Part shown: positions 1-9,326 of the stretch, piece by piece | Layout of the letters: every line of letters begins with the position of its first letter | How positions within the stretch are numbered: the first letter of the stretch is position 1 | From: an uncultured Gammaproteobacteria bacterium | GTDB taxonomy: Bacteria > Patescibacteriota > Microgenomatia > PFEM01 > JAPLYW01 | Assembly: GCA_965230945.1 (NCBI GenBank) | Contig: OZ246397.1 | Coordinates: 374,284 to 438,283, forward strand | Length of the DNA stretch: 64,000 nucleotides | Direction: 5' to 3' | The notes under the pieces: model-generated | The model's database searches: none | Told to the model about the DNA's origin: nothing | The model's input: only the letters and a program-made list of their open reading frames with translations | Program-made: the position numbers and the translations under genes

Positions 1-461
1 AGCTCCCCATGGATGTCGCTAAGTTAATTGCTGGCAATATCACCTCCACTAGAAAGCTAGAGGGATTTTTGGTGAGATTAATCACCGAATCGGAAACTAA
101 AAAAGAACCGATTACACCAGATTTTGTCAAGGCAATCTTAGGCCAAACTAATGAAGTTACCACTCCCCAGAGAGTAGTTAAGCCTAAAGAAGCCTTAAGG
201 GCTGTTGCTTTTCATTTTAATCTTAAAGTCTCCGACCTATCAGGCCCTAAAAGAGATAAGGTCATTGTCCTCCCTCGACAAATTTCCATGTATCTCATGC
301 GGACTGATTTAAAAATACCCTTAATGGAGATTGGCCGTTTTTTAGGGGATAGAGATCATACTACAGTTATGCACGGTGTGGAAAAAATTACCAGACTCCT
401 ATCTAAGTCTGAAGATTTACGTGTTAATGTTATGGGGATAAGAAAAAAACTTTATGGATAA
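1..461 (+). CDS. dnaA: Chromosomal replication initiator DnaA, C-terminal part (gene starts upstream of window)
   Basis: Translation carries the DnaA domain IV DNA-binding helix-turn-helix (VIVLPRQISMYLMRTDLKIPLMEIGRFLGDRDHTTVMHG). It lies directly upstream of dnaN. Confidence 0.9.
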   Translation, partial: LPMDVAKLIAGNITSTRKLEGFLVRLITESETKKEPITPDFVKAILGQTNEVTTPQRVVKPKEALRAVAFHFNLKVSDLSGPKRDKVIVLPRQISMYLMRTDLKIPLMEIGRFLGDRDHTTVMHGVEKITRLLSKSEDLRVNVMGIRKKLYG

Positions 462-479
462 CTATTCTTAGTTTTACAC

Positions 480-488
480 TTATCCACA
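480..488 (+). promoter_or_regulatory. DnaA box (TTATCCACA)
   Basis: Exact match to the consensus DnaA box. Confidence 0.7.
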
Positions 489-566
489 AAAAAATCATTT
501 CTATCAACAAGGTTTTAAACAAGAATAAATCCCAAAACTTAGCTTTTAAGAAAGATGACTATACAC

Positions 567-575
567 TTATCCACA
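567..575 (+). promoter_or_regulatory. DnaA box (TTATCCACA)
   Basis: Exact consensus match; identical flanks to the first box. Confidence 0.7.
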
Positions 576-688
576 AACCTACTAATACTACTATTAATAA
601 ATAAAAAACGATCTAGTAAAAAATTAACCATTGATGACTTAAGAAATATTTTATAAAATAATAACAACTGCCTCTTAAATTTAATATT

Positions 689-1813
689 ATGGAATTTTCA
701 ATTCTTCAAGAAAATCTAAGTAAGGGATTAAATATTGTCAATCGCTTTATCACTTCTAAAGCTCAACTTCCTATTTTAAATAATATTTTAATTAAAACTG
801 ATCAAGGAAGAATAAAACTTTCAGCTACTAATTTAGAAATAGGAATTAATTTTTGGTTAGGAGCTAAAGTTTTAAAAGAAGGGGAAATTTGTGTTCCAGC
901 TCGTATTTTAACAGAATATATTACCTCTTTGCCACCACAAAAGATTAACTTAAAAGCCAATAAGAATTTACTAGATATTACCTCTAATTCTTTTCAGGCT
1001 AATTTTGTTAGTTTGCCTTCTTCAGAATTTCCTATTATTCCTACTTTAAAAAAGAAACCAGAAATTTTATTAAATTTAAAAGACTTATCTCAAGCCATTT
1101 TGCAAGTGGCTTTTGCCTCTACTCAAGATGAAGGAAGGCCAGCTTTAACCGGGGTTTTAATCCAAGCTAAAAAGGACGGTTTAATTTTAGTAGCCACTGA
1201 TGGTTATCGCTTAAGTGTTAAAAAAATAAAAGGAATTAAGGGTTTGGAGAAAATAAGTAGACAAAAAGAAATTCTCATTCCCTCAAGAGCCTTGAATGAA
1301 GTAGGGAAGATTATTAGTGAGGAAGAAGATGGTAGTGATTTAGGGATGAGTCTTTCTAAAGAAAATAATCAAGTTATTTTTTCAACCCCTAATGTAGAGG
1401 TAATTTCTCGCTTAATTGAGGGCAAGTTTCCTGATTTTGAAAGAATTATTCCAGAAAGAAGCACCACTAAAATTACGGTAGATACTGAAAGTTTATTTCA
1501 GGCAGTGAGATCAGCAGCTATCTTGGCTAGAGAATCAGCCAATATTATTAGATTTGAAATTAACAGCTCAGAGCTAGAAATTATTTCTAATAGCCCGCAG
1601 GTTGGTGAGAATAAAATTAAACTGGAGGTTAAAACAGAAGGAAAGGGAGGAGAGATTGCTTTTAACTCAAGATATCTCTTAGACTTTTTAAATAGTATTA
1701 ATTCTGATTTGGTTAGTTTTGAAATGACGACTTCTTTAAACCCTGGAGTTTTTAAACCAGCCGATGATAAATCCTATCTTCATATCATTATGCCAATTAG
1801 GGTTCAGGAGTAA
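689..1813 (+). CDS. dnaN: DNA polymerase III beta subunit (sliding clamp)
   Basis: 374 aa with typical beta-clamp N-terminus (MEFSILQENLSKGLNIVNRFITSKAQLPILNNILIK). Positioned after dnaA. Confidence 0.93.
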   Translation: MEFSILQENLSKGLNIVNRFITSKAQLPILNNILIKTDQGRIKLSATNLEIGINFWLGAKVLKEGEICVPARILTEYITSLPPQKINLKANKNLLDITSNSFQANFVSLPSSEFPIIPTLKKKPEILLNLKDLSQAILQVAFASTQDEGRPALTGVLIQAKKDGLILVATDGYRLSVKKIKGIKGLEKISRQKEILIPSRALNEVGKIISEEEDGSDLGMSLSKENNQVIFSTPNVEVISRLIEGKFPDFERIIPERSTTKITVDTESLFQAVRSAAILARESANIIRFEINSSELEIISNSPQVGENKIKLEVKTEGKGGEIAFNSRYLLDFLNSINSDLVSFEMTTSLNPGVFKPADDKSYLHIIMPIRVQE

Positions 1814-2854
1814 TTAGGGAGTTAAGAGATATTCATCTTTAATGGCCGGAAGATATAAGCCAGCTTCTACGGCTTCCCCATCTTTAAGTTGGGCCGTACC
1901 AGTAATTAGAAAAACAGGCTGAAGATAAGTTTGCAAAGGGCTGTATTTATAATAAATAAGCTCTATATTTTCAAAACTTAAACTTCTTAGATTTTCAACA
2001 GCCTCTATTAAAATTAGATACTCATCAGAATATTTATCTTGCCTTTTAAGATAGCTTATTTTTGGATTTGCTTGAAGAGAACTGATAACTTCTTCTTTAC
2101 TTTTAAGTGGATAAGCATCGCCGGTCTTTATTTCTTCAAAGATTTTATTATAGTCAAAGCGGGCAGTTTTAAAATCAGAACCGATATAGAAACTAATATA
2201 ATTTAAGCCAGGTCCTTTAATCTTTTTGCCGTTTAATTTGTAAATAAATTTAATGTAAGTCAAGGTTGTTTCTTTGTCTTCTTGTTTTGATGGCATAAAA
2301 TAACTTCCTACTACCTTAACATAGTATTTTTCTTCTACCTGAAGATTGATTTTTTTCGGAATTAAAAACCCCCTCTTATTTAGAAACTCTTCCCCTTGAA
2401 TTTCTACTTCTTTAATTAAAGGAGGAGAACCACTAATAAGTTCAGGATGAGTTAAAAGGTTTAGGCCGTAACCAACAATACCTTCCTTAAGATAAATAGA
2501 TAAATTATTAAATTCTGTAGCCCAACTGTAAATAAAATTAGTGACGTTAGGTTTTTCTGTAAAACCAAAATCTAAAGCAATTTTTATAGCCTGTTGATCT
2601 GAGATTGAAGAGATACCAACTTCATAAACATTAATTTTTTTTTCAAAAGCAGGAAAGTTTTTTTGAAAGTCTTTAATATTAGGAGAAAAAGAGATAGAAA
2701 CTGTTTCTATCTCTGGAGAGCCAAGAGAAAGAAGTTGTTCTTGGGTTTCTTCTGTTTTTTTATTAATAAAAAAGATTGTTGCAAAAATAGTAGCGATGGT
2801 AGCGAGTAGAATAAATAACCAGTATTTAAAAATAAATTTTTTAATCTTTTTCAT
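1814..2854 (-). CDS. Hypothetical membrane-anchored protein (N-terminal TM, extracytoplasmic domain); last gene of the T4SS-like operon
   Basis: 346-aa ORF with N-terminal hydrophobic helix (WLFILLATIATIFATIFFI). Nearly contiguous with the upstream M23 peptidase gene. Confidence 0.5.
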   Translation of the reverse strand: MKKIKKFIFKYWLFILLATIATIFATIFFINKKTEETQEQLLSLGSPEIETVSISFSPNIKDFQKNFPAFEKKINVYEVGISSISDQQAIKIALDFGFTEKPNVTNFIYSWATEFNNLSIYLKEGIVGYGLNLLTHPELISGSPPLIKEVEIQGEEFLNKRGFLIPKKINLQVEEKYYVKVVGSYFMPSKQEDKETTLTYIKFIYKLNGKKIKGPGLNYISFYIGSDFKTARFDYNKIFEEIKTGDAYPLKSKEEVISSLQANPKISYLKRQDKYSDEYLILIEAVENLRSLSFENIELIYYKYSPLQTYLQPVFLITGTAQLKDGEAVEAGLYLPAIKDEYLLTP

Positions 2855-2859
2855 CTTTA

Positions 2860-5559
2860 CTATATATTACCACAGTAATAATCACATCCATACGGTACTG
2901 ATTTAGGGATGTTAGGTGGTGCCATCTTGATTTTCCGGTCTACAGATTTAAATTCATAATGAAGATGAGGCCCAGTACTATTGCCTGTATTGTCTGATAG
3001 AGCAATAAGACTTCCTTTATAAATAAATTGACCTATCGTTACTAAGATTTTTTGTAAATGGGCATAGTAGGAGGAGAAGTTAATACCATTACATTTTCCT
3101 GAAATAGATACAGAGATTCCTCCTCCACCATACTTTCCTATCGATTGCACAAAACCTTCATGGGTGGCGAAGATAGCAGTGCCATTATTAATGACAATAT
3201 CAATTGCTTCTTGGCCTGTATGACTAAATTCTCCATCAGGACCCTGGCTGATTCTGGCGCCTGAAGCATTAGCTGGCCAACCAGAAGGACAATCTCCTGG
3301 TGGCTTCCCAATAATAATTATGGCATTAGCTATACCTTTATGTATTCCTGTCTCTAGCCCTTCTGTTCCTTCTACTTCAGTATTAAGGGTGACGGTGTTG
3401 ATGATGGCGCTGTCTTTGAAATAGGAGTCGAAGGTTTTAATACAGGTTAAAGTTTCGGAGGAGCTTATTTTTTCTGGTAAATTGCCAAAATCACATGGAT
3501 TTACTGGGGAGGGGATTCCTTTTTGGGCTACTGTAAATTCTTCTGTTAGTTTAGGGCGAATTAAGACAAAATTGCCTTTTGGTTTAATGGTGATGGTGTA
3601 GGTGACTATAGCCGGCAGTTGATCATTTTCAAATTTGTTACTAGAAACGCTTTTGGTAAGTTCAAAAAATTCAGATTCATAAGGAGAAATTACTTCTTGT
3701 TCAGCTACCCCAATCGTTCCTGGAAGAATAAAAGCACCACTGACAACCATGACAATAAATAAGGTTAAGGCAGCTAAACTGGCAAAGATGATGATGATAA
3801 AAGAAGCCACAGCCGCTGTTACCGGAAGGGTGGTAATACTGGTGAAAAAAGCTCCAACGCCACTACTAATGGCGGTCATGGTGGTTGGCACGGCTACAAA
3901 ACTAACTAAACCACCAATACCAATACCTAGAGGAATAATACCGACAAGGGCAAAAGGCATAGGAGCGATAACTAGTACTAGAGATCCAGCTAGGACAGCC
4001 AAAAAAGCTTTTTGAGGATCACGGAAAACTTTTTGAATAAGACTGACTGCCTTTTTACCTAATTCTATAAGAACGGTTGCGGCTACAACTACCCAACCAG
4101 GGGGTCCTGTAGCCGCCCCAGCCGCAACGACACCAATCTTAATCCCCAGCTTAATAGCCAGCTTGGTACCGATCTTTTTAAGGCCTAATTTCAGAGATTT
4201 ACCAAAGGCAGTTTTACCTAACCACCGGGCTGTTTTTTGGAAAACACCTTTCTTAATGAAACCCGTTAATGATTGATATTTGCCTTTTGTTAAAAATTTA
4301 ATTGCTCTTTGAGAAATATTGCTGATGGAACGAAATCTGTCTAAGCCTGACTTTAGGTAGTAAGAGTAGCTACGTTCTTCCGCCCATAGGGATTTTTTTT
4401 GAAGAGGAAGAATAATGTTTAATGGTGGGTAGTAAACCCCTTTTTGATTGGTAAGGTCTTCGTACTGATAATAATTTCTAATAATTTTAAAAAGAGAAGG
4501 AGAAGTTTCTTCTAATTCTTTAAATTCAAAAATCCTTGCTTGAAGATGATTAATGACGGGGTGTTTTTCAGATAACCCCATTTCCTTTAGGGTTTCAAGG
4601 GTAATTTGCAAATCTTCAGGCAAGAGGCCCTTATTAATTAATTCTCGGTATTTGGGATTTATTTCTGAAATAGCTTCTTTTAAAGCGGCCACGCGGAATG
4701 AATAAAAAGCTTTCTTAACTAAAGCGGCGCTAGCTTTGGGCTGGAATAAAACAAAAGCGGGGTTAAGATTTAATTTTTCTCTTCCTAGTTGCTCTTTGAT
4801 TTTAAGAACAATTTCTTTAGGAAGAGGAGGAAGCTCTCCAGATCTAGTTGCCTCTTTTTTAATTCTCTTTAACTTTTCTCTGATGGCGGCTGATTCTCTA
4901 GGGATAACCGCTATTTGTTGGGCTTCTTTATATGTTAAAGCAGGAATTTCTTGAACTAAACTACTTGAAATAATTTCTTCTTTTTCAGCCCCTAAATTCT
5001 TAATTACTTGCCTAATTTCTGGCTCAAAGTCTTTAATAATTTTTTGGTATTCAACTTCATGAAGAAGAGTTTTTGTGGCCGTTTGAGGAAGACGATCAAC
5101 TATTTTTAAGGTTAAATTTTGACTGGCTAATGCTAATAGGGTTGGGTTTTCTGATAAGTTTGGTTTGGCTTTGATTAGCTGTTGTTTTATTTTTTCAAGA
5201 AATTGTTTTTGGATTTTTTCAATTTGTTCGTTTAAACCAGGATATGTAAACTTTACTTCTTTTTGATAACGATTATCTAGATATTTTTGATAATCTGCTT
5301 TTAAGATTTCATAAGGAGGTAGGTTGGGGGCGGGTAACTCTGGTGGTCTTGAGAGGATTTCATAAATTTTTTCTTGAATAAGGATAAGGAATTTGGGGTT
5401 ATCAGGGCTAAGTCCTAAACCGAGGGATTGTTCTAAATTAATAACCTCACTATAAGCTTTTTCTCTACTGATTATTCTTTCAAGTGGCCATTCTTTAAGT
5501 TGAAGAGCATAAGCTAAGATTTGCAGATTTTGATATCGTTTGCGTTCTTCTGAGGTCAT
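2860..5559 (-). CDS. Large polytopic membrane protein with C-terminal M23 (LytM-type) peptidase domain; candidate T4SS-associated cell-wall hydrolase
   Basis: 899 aa with a central cluster of TM helices. The C-terminus carries M23 motifs (HTGQEAIDIV...GPHLHYEF). It overlaps the VirB4 gene by 4 nt. Confidence 0.75.
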   Translation of the reverse strand: MTSEERKRYQNLQILAYALQLKEWPLERIISREKAYSEVINLEQSLGLGLSPDNPKFLILIQEKIYEILSRPPELPAPNLPPYEILKADYQKYLDNRYQKEVKFTYPGLNEQIEKIQKQFLEKIKQQLIKAKPNLSENPTLLALASQNLTLKIVDRLPQTATKTLLHEVEYQKIIKDFEPEIRQVIKNLGAEKEEIISSSLVQEIPALTYKEAQQIAVIPRESAAIREKLKRIKKEATRSGELPPLPKEIVLKIKEQLGREKLNLNPAFVLFQPKASAALVKKAFYSFRVAALKEAISEINPKYRELINKGLLPEDLQITLETLKEMGLSEKHPVINHLQARIFEFKELEETSPSLFKIIRNYYQYEDLTNQKGVYYPPLNIILPLQKKSLWAEERSYSYYLKSGLDRFRSISNISQRAIKFLTKGKYQSLTGFIKKGVFQKTARWLGKTAFGKSLKLGLKKIGTKLAIKLGIKIGVVAAGAATGPPGWVVVAATVLIELGKKAVSLIQKVFRDPQKAFLAVLAGSLVLVIAPMPFALVGIIPLGIGIGGLVSFVAVPTTMTAISSGVGAFFTSITTLPVTAAVASFIIIIFASLAALTLFIVMVVSGAFILPGTIGVAEQEVISPYESEFFELTKSVSSNKFENDQLPAIVTYTITIKPKGNFVLIRPKLTEEFTVAQKGIPSPVNPCDFGNLPEKISSSETLTCIKTFDSYFKDSAIINTVTLNTEVEGTEGLETGIHKGIANAIIIIGKPPGDCPSGWPANASGARISQGPDGEFSHTGQEAIDIVINNGTAIFATHEGFVQSIGKYGGGGISVSISGKCNGINFSSYYAHLQKILVTIGQFIYKGSLIALSDNTGNSTGPHLHYEFKSVDRKIKMAPPNIPKSVPYGCDYYCGNI

Positions 5560-7388
5560 GGAGTCTTTTTATCTTCAAATTGTTTTCTTAGGTTTTCTTT
5601 TATAGCTTGTTGCTGAAGAAGTTCTGATGGTTTGGTGGTGATAAACTTATGCTCTTCAGGTGAGGCAACGACTCTGATGGCCACATGATTAGCGCCGGCG
5701 AAGAAAAGACCTTCGCCTATATCAGCCGAAAGCAAAAGTTGTTTTTCTCCTTCAGATAAGTAGAAAGTCTGGGCGACTTTATCAATGGCCGCTGGCGATT
5801 GTTTCATAAGTATTTGGATAGAGGAGTTGGTAATGATGGCTTTGCCAAAATCGCTTATAAAAAAGTCTTCTACATCTTGGGTGATGGTAGTTAAACCTAG
5901 ATAATATTTTCTGGCTCGTTTGGCAATGGAGTAAAGGAAGTTGGCCGAATCTGGATATTTCATTAAATACCAAGCTTCATCAACAACCAAGATTCTTTTT
6001 TTCATTTCTTTTCTAATTCTGGTCCAGATATAATCTAGAACAATAAACATGGCAATGGGGCGCAAGGCTTCCTCTAAATCTCTTAAAGAAAAGACGGTAA
6101 AGGGGTTTTTAATATTGATGTTGGAATGCTGATCAAAAATACCAACAAAAGAGCCTTTAACAAACTTTTCGATGCGATCGGCTAAAGAACGGGCTTCAGG
6201 GCTCTCCATGCCGATTAAGGCTTTGTAAAGATCTTCCATAAGGGGTGGTTCTTTTTTTTGAGTATCCGGATCATTAGTGATTCCCTTCATTTTGTAGGTT
6301 AAAACTAAGGCTCGATCAAGGGTCGCTTCTTCAGAGGAAGAAAGTTGGCCCATGATAACCTTGCAAAGAGAATGTAGGGAAAGAATCTTTCTTCCCAGCT
6401 CATTTTCTCCTTCTTCATAAACATTAACTAAATCAAAGGGGTTGATTTTAGCCTGACTTCTGAAGCCAAAAGTAATGTATTCTCCACCCACGGCTTCAGC
6501 TAAGGCTTTGTATTCTGCTTCTGGATCGATAACAATGATTTCTGTGCCAAACATAAGAGAGCGTAGGGTTTCTAATTTGACTAGGTAAGACTTTCCCGCG
6601 CCAGATTTGGCAAAAATAACGGAGTTGGCATTTTCTAAACTGAAACGGTCAAAGATAATTAAAGAATCGTTGTGCTCATTAATGCCATATAAAACGCCTT
6701 CATTGGCGGTTAGTTCAGAGGAAGTGAAGGGAAAAGTAGTTGCCAATGAAGTGGTGTCCATGTTACGGGTGATCATGAGCTTATCTACACAGGTAGGAAT
6801 GGTGGTTTTAAAACCGTCTTCCATCTGCAGGGTGGCTTGTTTGGCGACGATTAAAAGAGAGCCTAAGGTAGAGATGATTTCTTTAGTAACTTTGTTTAAT
6901 TCTTCTAAAGATTTAGCGGGAATGGTGATGTAGAGTCCAAATTGAAAAAATCGTTCCGCTCCTCTTACAAGCTGTTCTTGTAAAGACTGAGCATCTTCTA
7001 ATTTAGCCTGGGTACTGGGGTTAATAATTCTGCCTCTTTCTAAATCAGTTTGGATTTCGGCTTCCATCTCGGCGATTTTGCGTCTTAGATTATCCAAAAC
7101 ACTTTTGCCTTCCACGGGGTAGATATACATGGCAATCTGCATAGAGTGGTCAAAATTGATTAAGGGAGCCAGCCAGTTAGCGGAGACAAAGCGAGGATAA
7201 CCCGCCACAAACAAGGTTCTAAAATAGCGGTTGCCAATCTTTAAATGATTAAAGTCAACTTCAATAGCTGGCGGGGCAATGATATCTTGAACATCAACCA
7301 TGCCTTGACCCAGCTGTTTGCTTGGTCCTTGAACTTGAGGTTCTTTTGCTTCTGCTTTTTTACTCTTTTTTAGAAACGGTAGTTCCAT
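5556..7388 (-). CDS. VirB4/TraC/CagE-family type IV secretion ATPase
   Basis: 610 aa. Walker A (FAKSGAGKSYLV) and Walker B (RILVVDEAWYLM) are present. The N-terminal region matches Gram-positive-type VirB4 (RTLFVAGYPRFVSANWLAPLI). Confidence 0.9.
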   Translation of the reverse strand: MELPFLKKSKKAEAKEPQVQGPSKQLGQGMVDVQDIIAPPAIEVDFNHLKIGNRYFRTLFVAGYPRFVSANWLAPLINFDHSMQIAMYIYPVEGKSVLDNLRRKIAEMEAEIQTDLERGRIINPSTQAKLEDAQSLQEQLVRGAERFFQFGLYITIPAKSLEELNKVTKEIISTLGSLLIVAKQATLQMEDGFKTTIPTCVDKLMITRNMDTTSLATTFPFTSSELTANEGVLYGINEHNDSLIIFDRFSLENANSVIFAKSGAGKSYLVKLETLRSLMFGTEIIVIDPEAEYKALAEAVGGEYITFGFRSQAKINPFDLVNVYEEGENELGRKILSLHSLCKVIMGQLSSSEEATLDRALVLTYKMKGITNDPDTQKKEPPLMEDLYKALIGMESPEARSLADRIEKFVKGSFVGIFDQHSNINIKNPFTVFSLRDLEEALRPIAMFIVLDYIWTRIRKEMKKRILVVDEAWYLMKYPDSANFLYSIAKRARKYYLGLTTITQDVEDFFISDFGKAIITNSSIQILMKQSPAAIDKVAQTFYLSEGEKQLLLSADIGEGLFFAGANHVAIRVVASPEEHKFITTKPSELLQQQAIKENLRKQFEDKKTP

Positions 7389-8181
7389 TTTTAATTAAAT
7401 CACTAATTTGGTTTTGAATATTGTTTTCTTTATTGGTTTTTGTTTTTTCTTTTTCTTCTAGAGGCTGGTTTTGAAGAGCAGCTTTGACCATCGGTGTTTG
7501 ATATTGAGAAGCTTCGGCCATTTGCTGGCCAGCTGATTCAGGATTATAAATGTCGTAAAAAAGACGAATTAATTCATGGTTATCAAGCTGATGGGCTTGA
7601 AGACCCAACCGCGAAAGCTGTCGCAAGAGATGGTCTCTTTTGGGGTAAAGGTTTATTTTGGCCTGCTGGATAATATACCCCTTATCTAAAGCTGGAGCTT
7701 GGCCTTGTTTTTTAAAGGGTAAATTAGACAAAGCAGAAGGAAGGGTAGTTTTTATGTTTTTAGCCAGCCCCATTTCTAAAGCTTCCATGGGAATGATGAT
7801 ATGGAATTTCTTATCCAAAACGTTGTTTTTTTGGACAGTTTCTTGGATAAATTCCTTGTATTTGGTAATTTGTTGTTTAATGAGTTGTCTTTTTTCTTTG
7901 GCTTCCCTTTCCGCTAGTAAAGCTAAATAAGAAGTAACATCTTTCCTGGTAGAGCGGATAAAAATCTGGATGGGGAAGGTTAAAGAATTTAATAAAGCAG
8001 CATAAGCATAAATGGTGGCTTCTTGCTCTTTTTCTGAAAGCAAACCGAAGTTAATGGCGGTGGTGCCGATAACAAGACAAGAAGAACCGTTTTTACGAAT
8101 GATAATCCCTTCTTGAATATCTTCTATTTCAAGATGATCTTGGGTTGAGGCCCTAATAGCCATTTTTATAGGATCAGCCAT
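7360..8181 (-). CDS. Hypothetical protein of the T4SS-like operon (no TM; N-terminal segment loosely resembling conjugative ATPase N-termini)
   Basis: 273-aa ORF that overlaps the VirB4 start by 29 nt and the upstream VirB3-like stop by 8 nt. It contains DIQEGIIIRKNGSSCLVIGTTAINFGLLSEKEQEATIYAYAALLNSLTFPIQIFIRS. Confidence 0.5.
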   Translation of the reverse strand: MADPIKMAIRASTQDHLEIEDIQEGIIIRKNGSSCLVIGTTAINFGLLSEKEQEATIYAYAALLNSLTFPIQIFIRSTRKDVTSYLALLAEREAKEKRQLIKQQITKYKEFIQETVQKNNVLDKKFHIIIPMEALEMGLAKNIKTTLPSALSNLPFKKQGQAPALDKGYIIQQAKINLYPKRDHLLRQLSRLGLQAHQLDNHELIRLFYDIYNPESAGQQMAEASQYQTPMVKAALQNQPLEEKEKTKTNKENNIQNQISDLIKNGTTVSKKE

Positions 8182-9178
8182 GTGATTGATCGGCCAGACC
8201 AGGATTAACTGGTGTGGCCACCCTTTCTTTAGCTCTAATTTCTATTGGCTGTATAATTTCGCCTTTAGTTTCAATTTTAATTAAATCAAACAAATAACCT
8301 TCTTTTTCAATTTCAATTTCATATTCTCCATTTTGCAGGGGGGTGGCAATCATAAACTGGCCAACTTTATTGGTTTTTAAGGCCCTGACAGGTAGGCCCT
8401 GAGCATCTCTGATTTCTAGGATAGCTCCTTCCATGATTTTACCTTCATGGTCTAAGGCCATACCGCTGATGATATTAGGCCTGGTAGGTGCTTCAGGGAT
8501 AGGCAGCTCTTTATTGATTTTGGCTTCTACAGCTGTTTTTTTAGGTCGGCCTGGTTTTTGTGGTAGAACCACAGGCGGTGGTATTATTTTTCGAAGGTCA
8601 ATTTTAGGTTCAGGCGGCATGGGTCTTGCCGTTGGAGAAGGAGTCATTGGTGGTGGACCAAGACCTGGTTCGGCTTGGGGTTGAACAGCTGCTATCGGGG
8701 TTGATTGGAAAAGATGATCAACTTCTTTTAGGAAACTTTCTTCTTGCTGATCAAGGGGATTTTTTTCTTCGCTATAAGGTAAGCTAGCTAGATATTGATT
8801 GAGCTCTCCTTTATCGCCTTGAAGAGAAGTTGGCTGTGCTTGAGGCATACTTGGATGATAGGGTAAGGGCTTAAAGACGTTTGGTTTTTTAACCTTCTTT
8901 TTCCAAATAAACTGGGTAGGAGAAAAGACGGCTTTAAAAAAAGATAGTAGCCAAGTGCTTAAAGGTCGTTCATTAATAGGCAAAAAGGCAAAGGCAAAGC
9001 CTAAAAAGCCAAAAAGAATAACCAACGGCCACTTAAATAAAGACGGTATCGGCAAGGCATAGGTAATAATGGCCAAAACCCCACCGGTAGCTAATTGGAA
9101 AAACTGCTTAAGAGTCATATCGCCGACAAGACGGAATTCGTATGAAGCGATATGTTGTGGGACAGGATGTTGTTCCAT
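8174..9178 (-). CDS. PrgI/VirB3-like small membrane module fused to a Pro-rich linker and C-terminal beta-sandwich-like domain
   Basis: The N-terminal ~95 aa are YEFRLVGDMTLKQFFQLATGGVLAIITYAL plus a second TM, which is PrgI/VirB3-like. A Pro-rich linker (PPPMTPSPTARPMPPEP) follows, then a C-terminal globular domain. It is the first gene of the operon. Confidence 0.55.
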   Translation of the reverse strand: MEQHPVPQHIASYEFRLVGDMTLKQFFQLATGGVLAIITYALPIPSLFKWPLVILFGFLGFAFAFLPINERPLSTWLLSFFKAVFSPTQFIWKKKVKKPNVFKPLPYHPSMPQAQPTSLQGDKGELNQYLASLPYSEEKNPLDQQEESFLKEVDHLFQSTPIAAVQPQAEPGLGPPPMTPSPTARPMPPEPKIDLRKIIPPPVVLPQKPGRPKKTAVEAKINKELPIPEAPTRPNIISGMALDHEGKIMEGAILEIRDAQGLPVRALKTNKVGQFMIATPLQNGEYEIEIEKEGYLFDLIKIETKGEIIQPIEIRAKERVATPVNPGLADQSHG

Positions 9179-9326
9179 AGGCAGGCTCCTTAACCTATTT
9201 TTAATGATAACTTTGTTATAGTAGTAAGTTCAACTACATAAAACATGATCAAATTAGAGACTAAAGAGAACAAATTTAAATTAATTAGGTGAAAGATTAA
9301 AAATTTGATATAATAACTTTGAGGAA

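Larger units (their letters stand above)
462..688. promoter_or_regulatory. Candidate oriC / dnaA-dnaN intergenic region (AT-rich, two DnaA boxes)
   Basis: AT-rich 227-nt spacer between dnaA and dnaN. It contains two perfect TTATCCACA boxes, each inside an identical 15-mer acacttatccacaaa. Confidence 0.6.

Noticed and set aside
3749-4015. Plus-strand ORFs inside the minus-strand M23 membrane protein gene (3749-4015, 4736-4954), and similar antisense ORFs at 5782-5973, 6607-6933, 7658-7930, 8433-8684, 11263-11544, 11623-11862, 12120-12311, 13115-13330, 13449-13694, 14113-14352, 16094-16435 and 16480-16674
   Set aside because: They lie fully inside longer, well-supported genes on the opposite strand or in another frame. 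They have low-complexity or hydrophobic compositions and show no motifs, so they are treated as ORF-finder shadows.
9179-9326. Sigma-70-like TATAAT at about 9312-9317 upstream of gene 9327
   Set aside because: The hexamer lies only about 9 nt from the ATG and overlaps the GAGGA ribosome-binding site. It cannot be a functional -10 unless the mRNA is leaderless, so it is not called.
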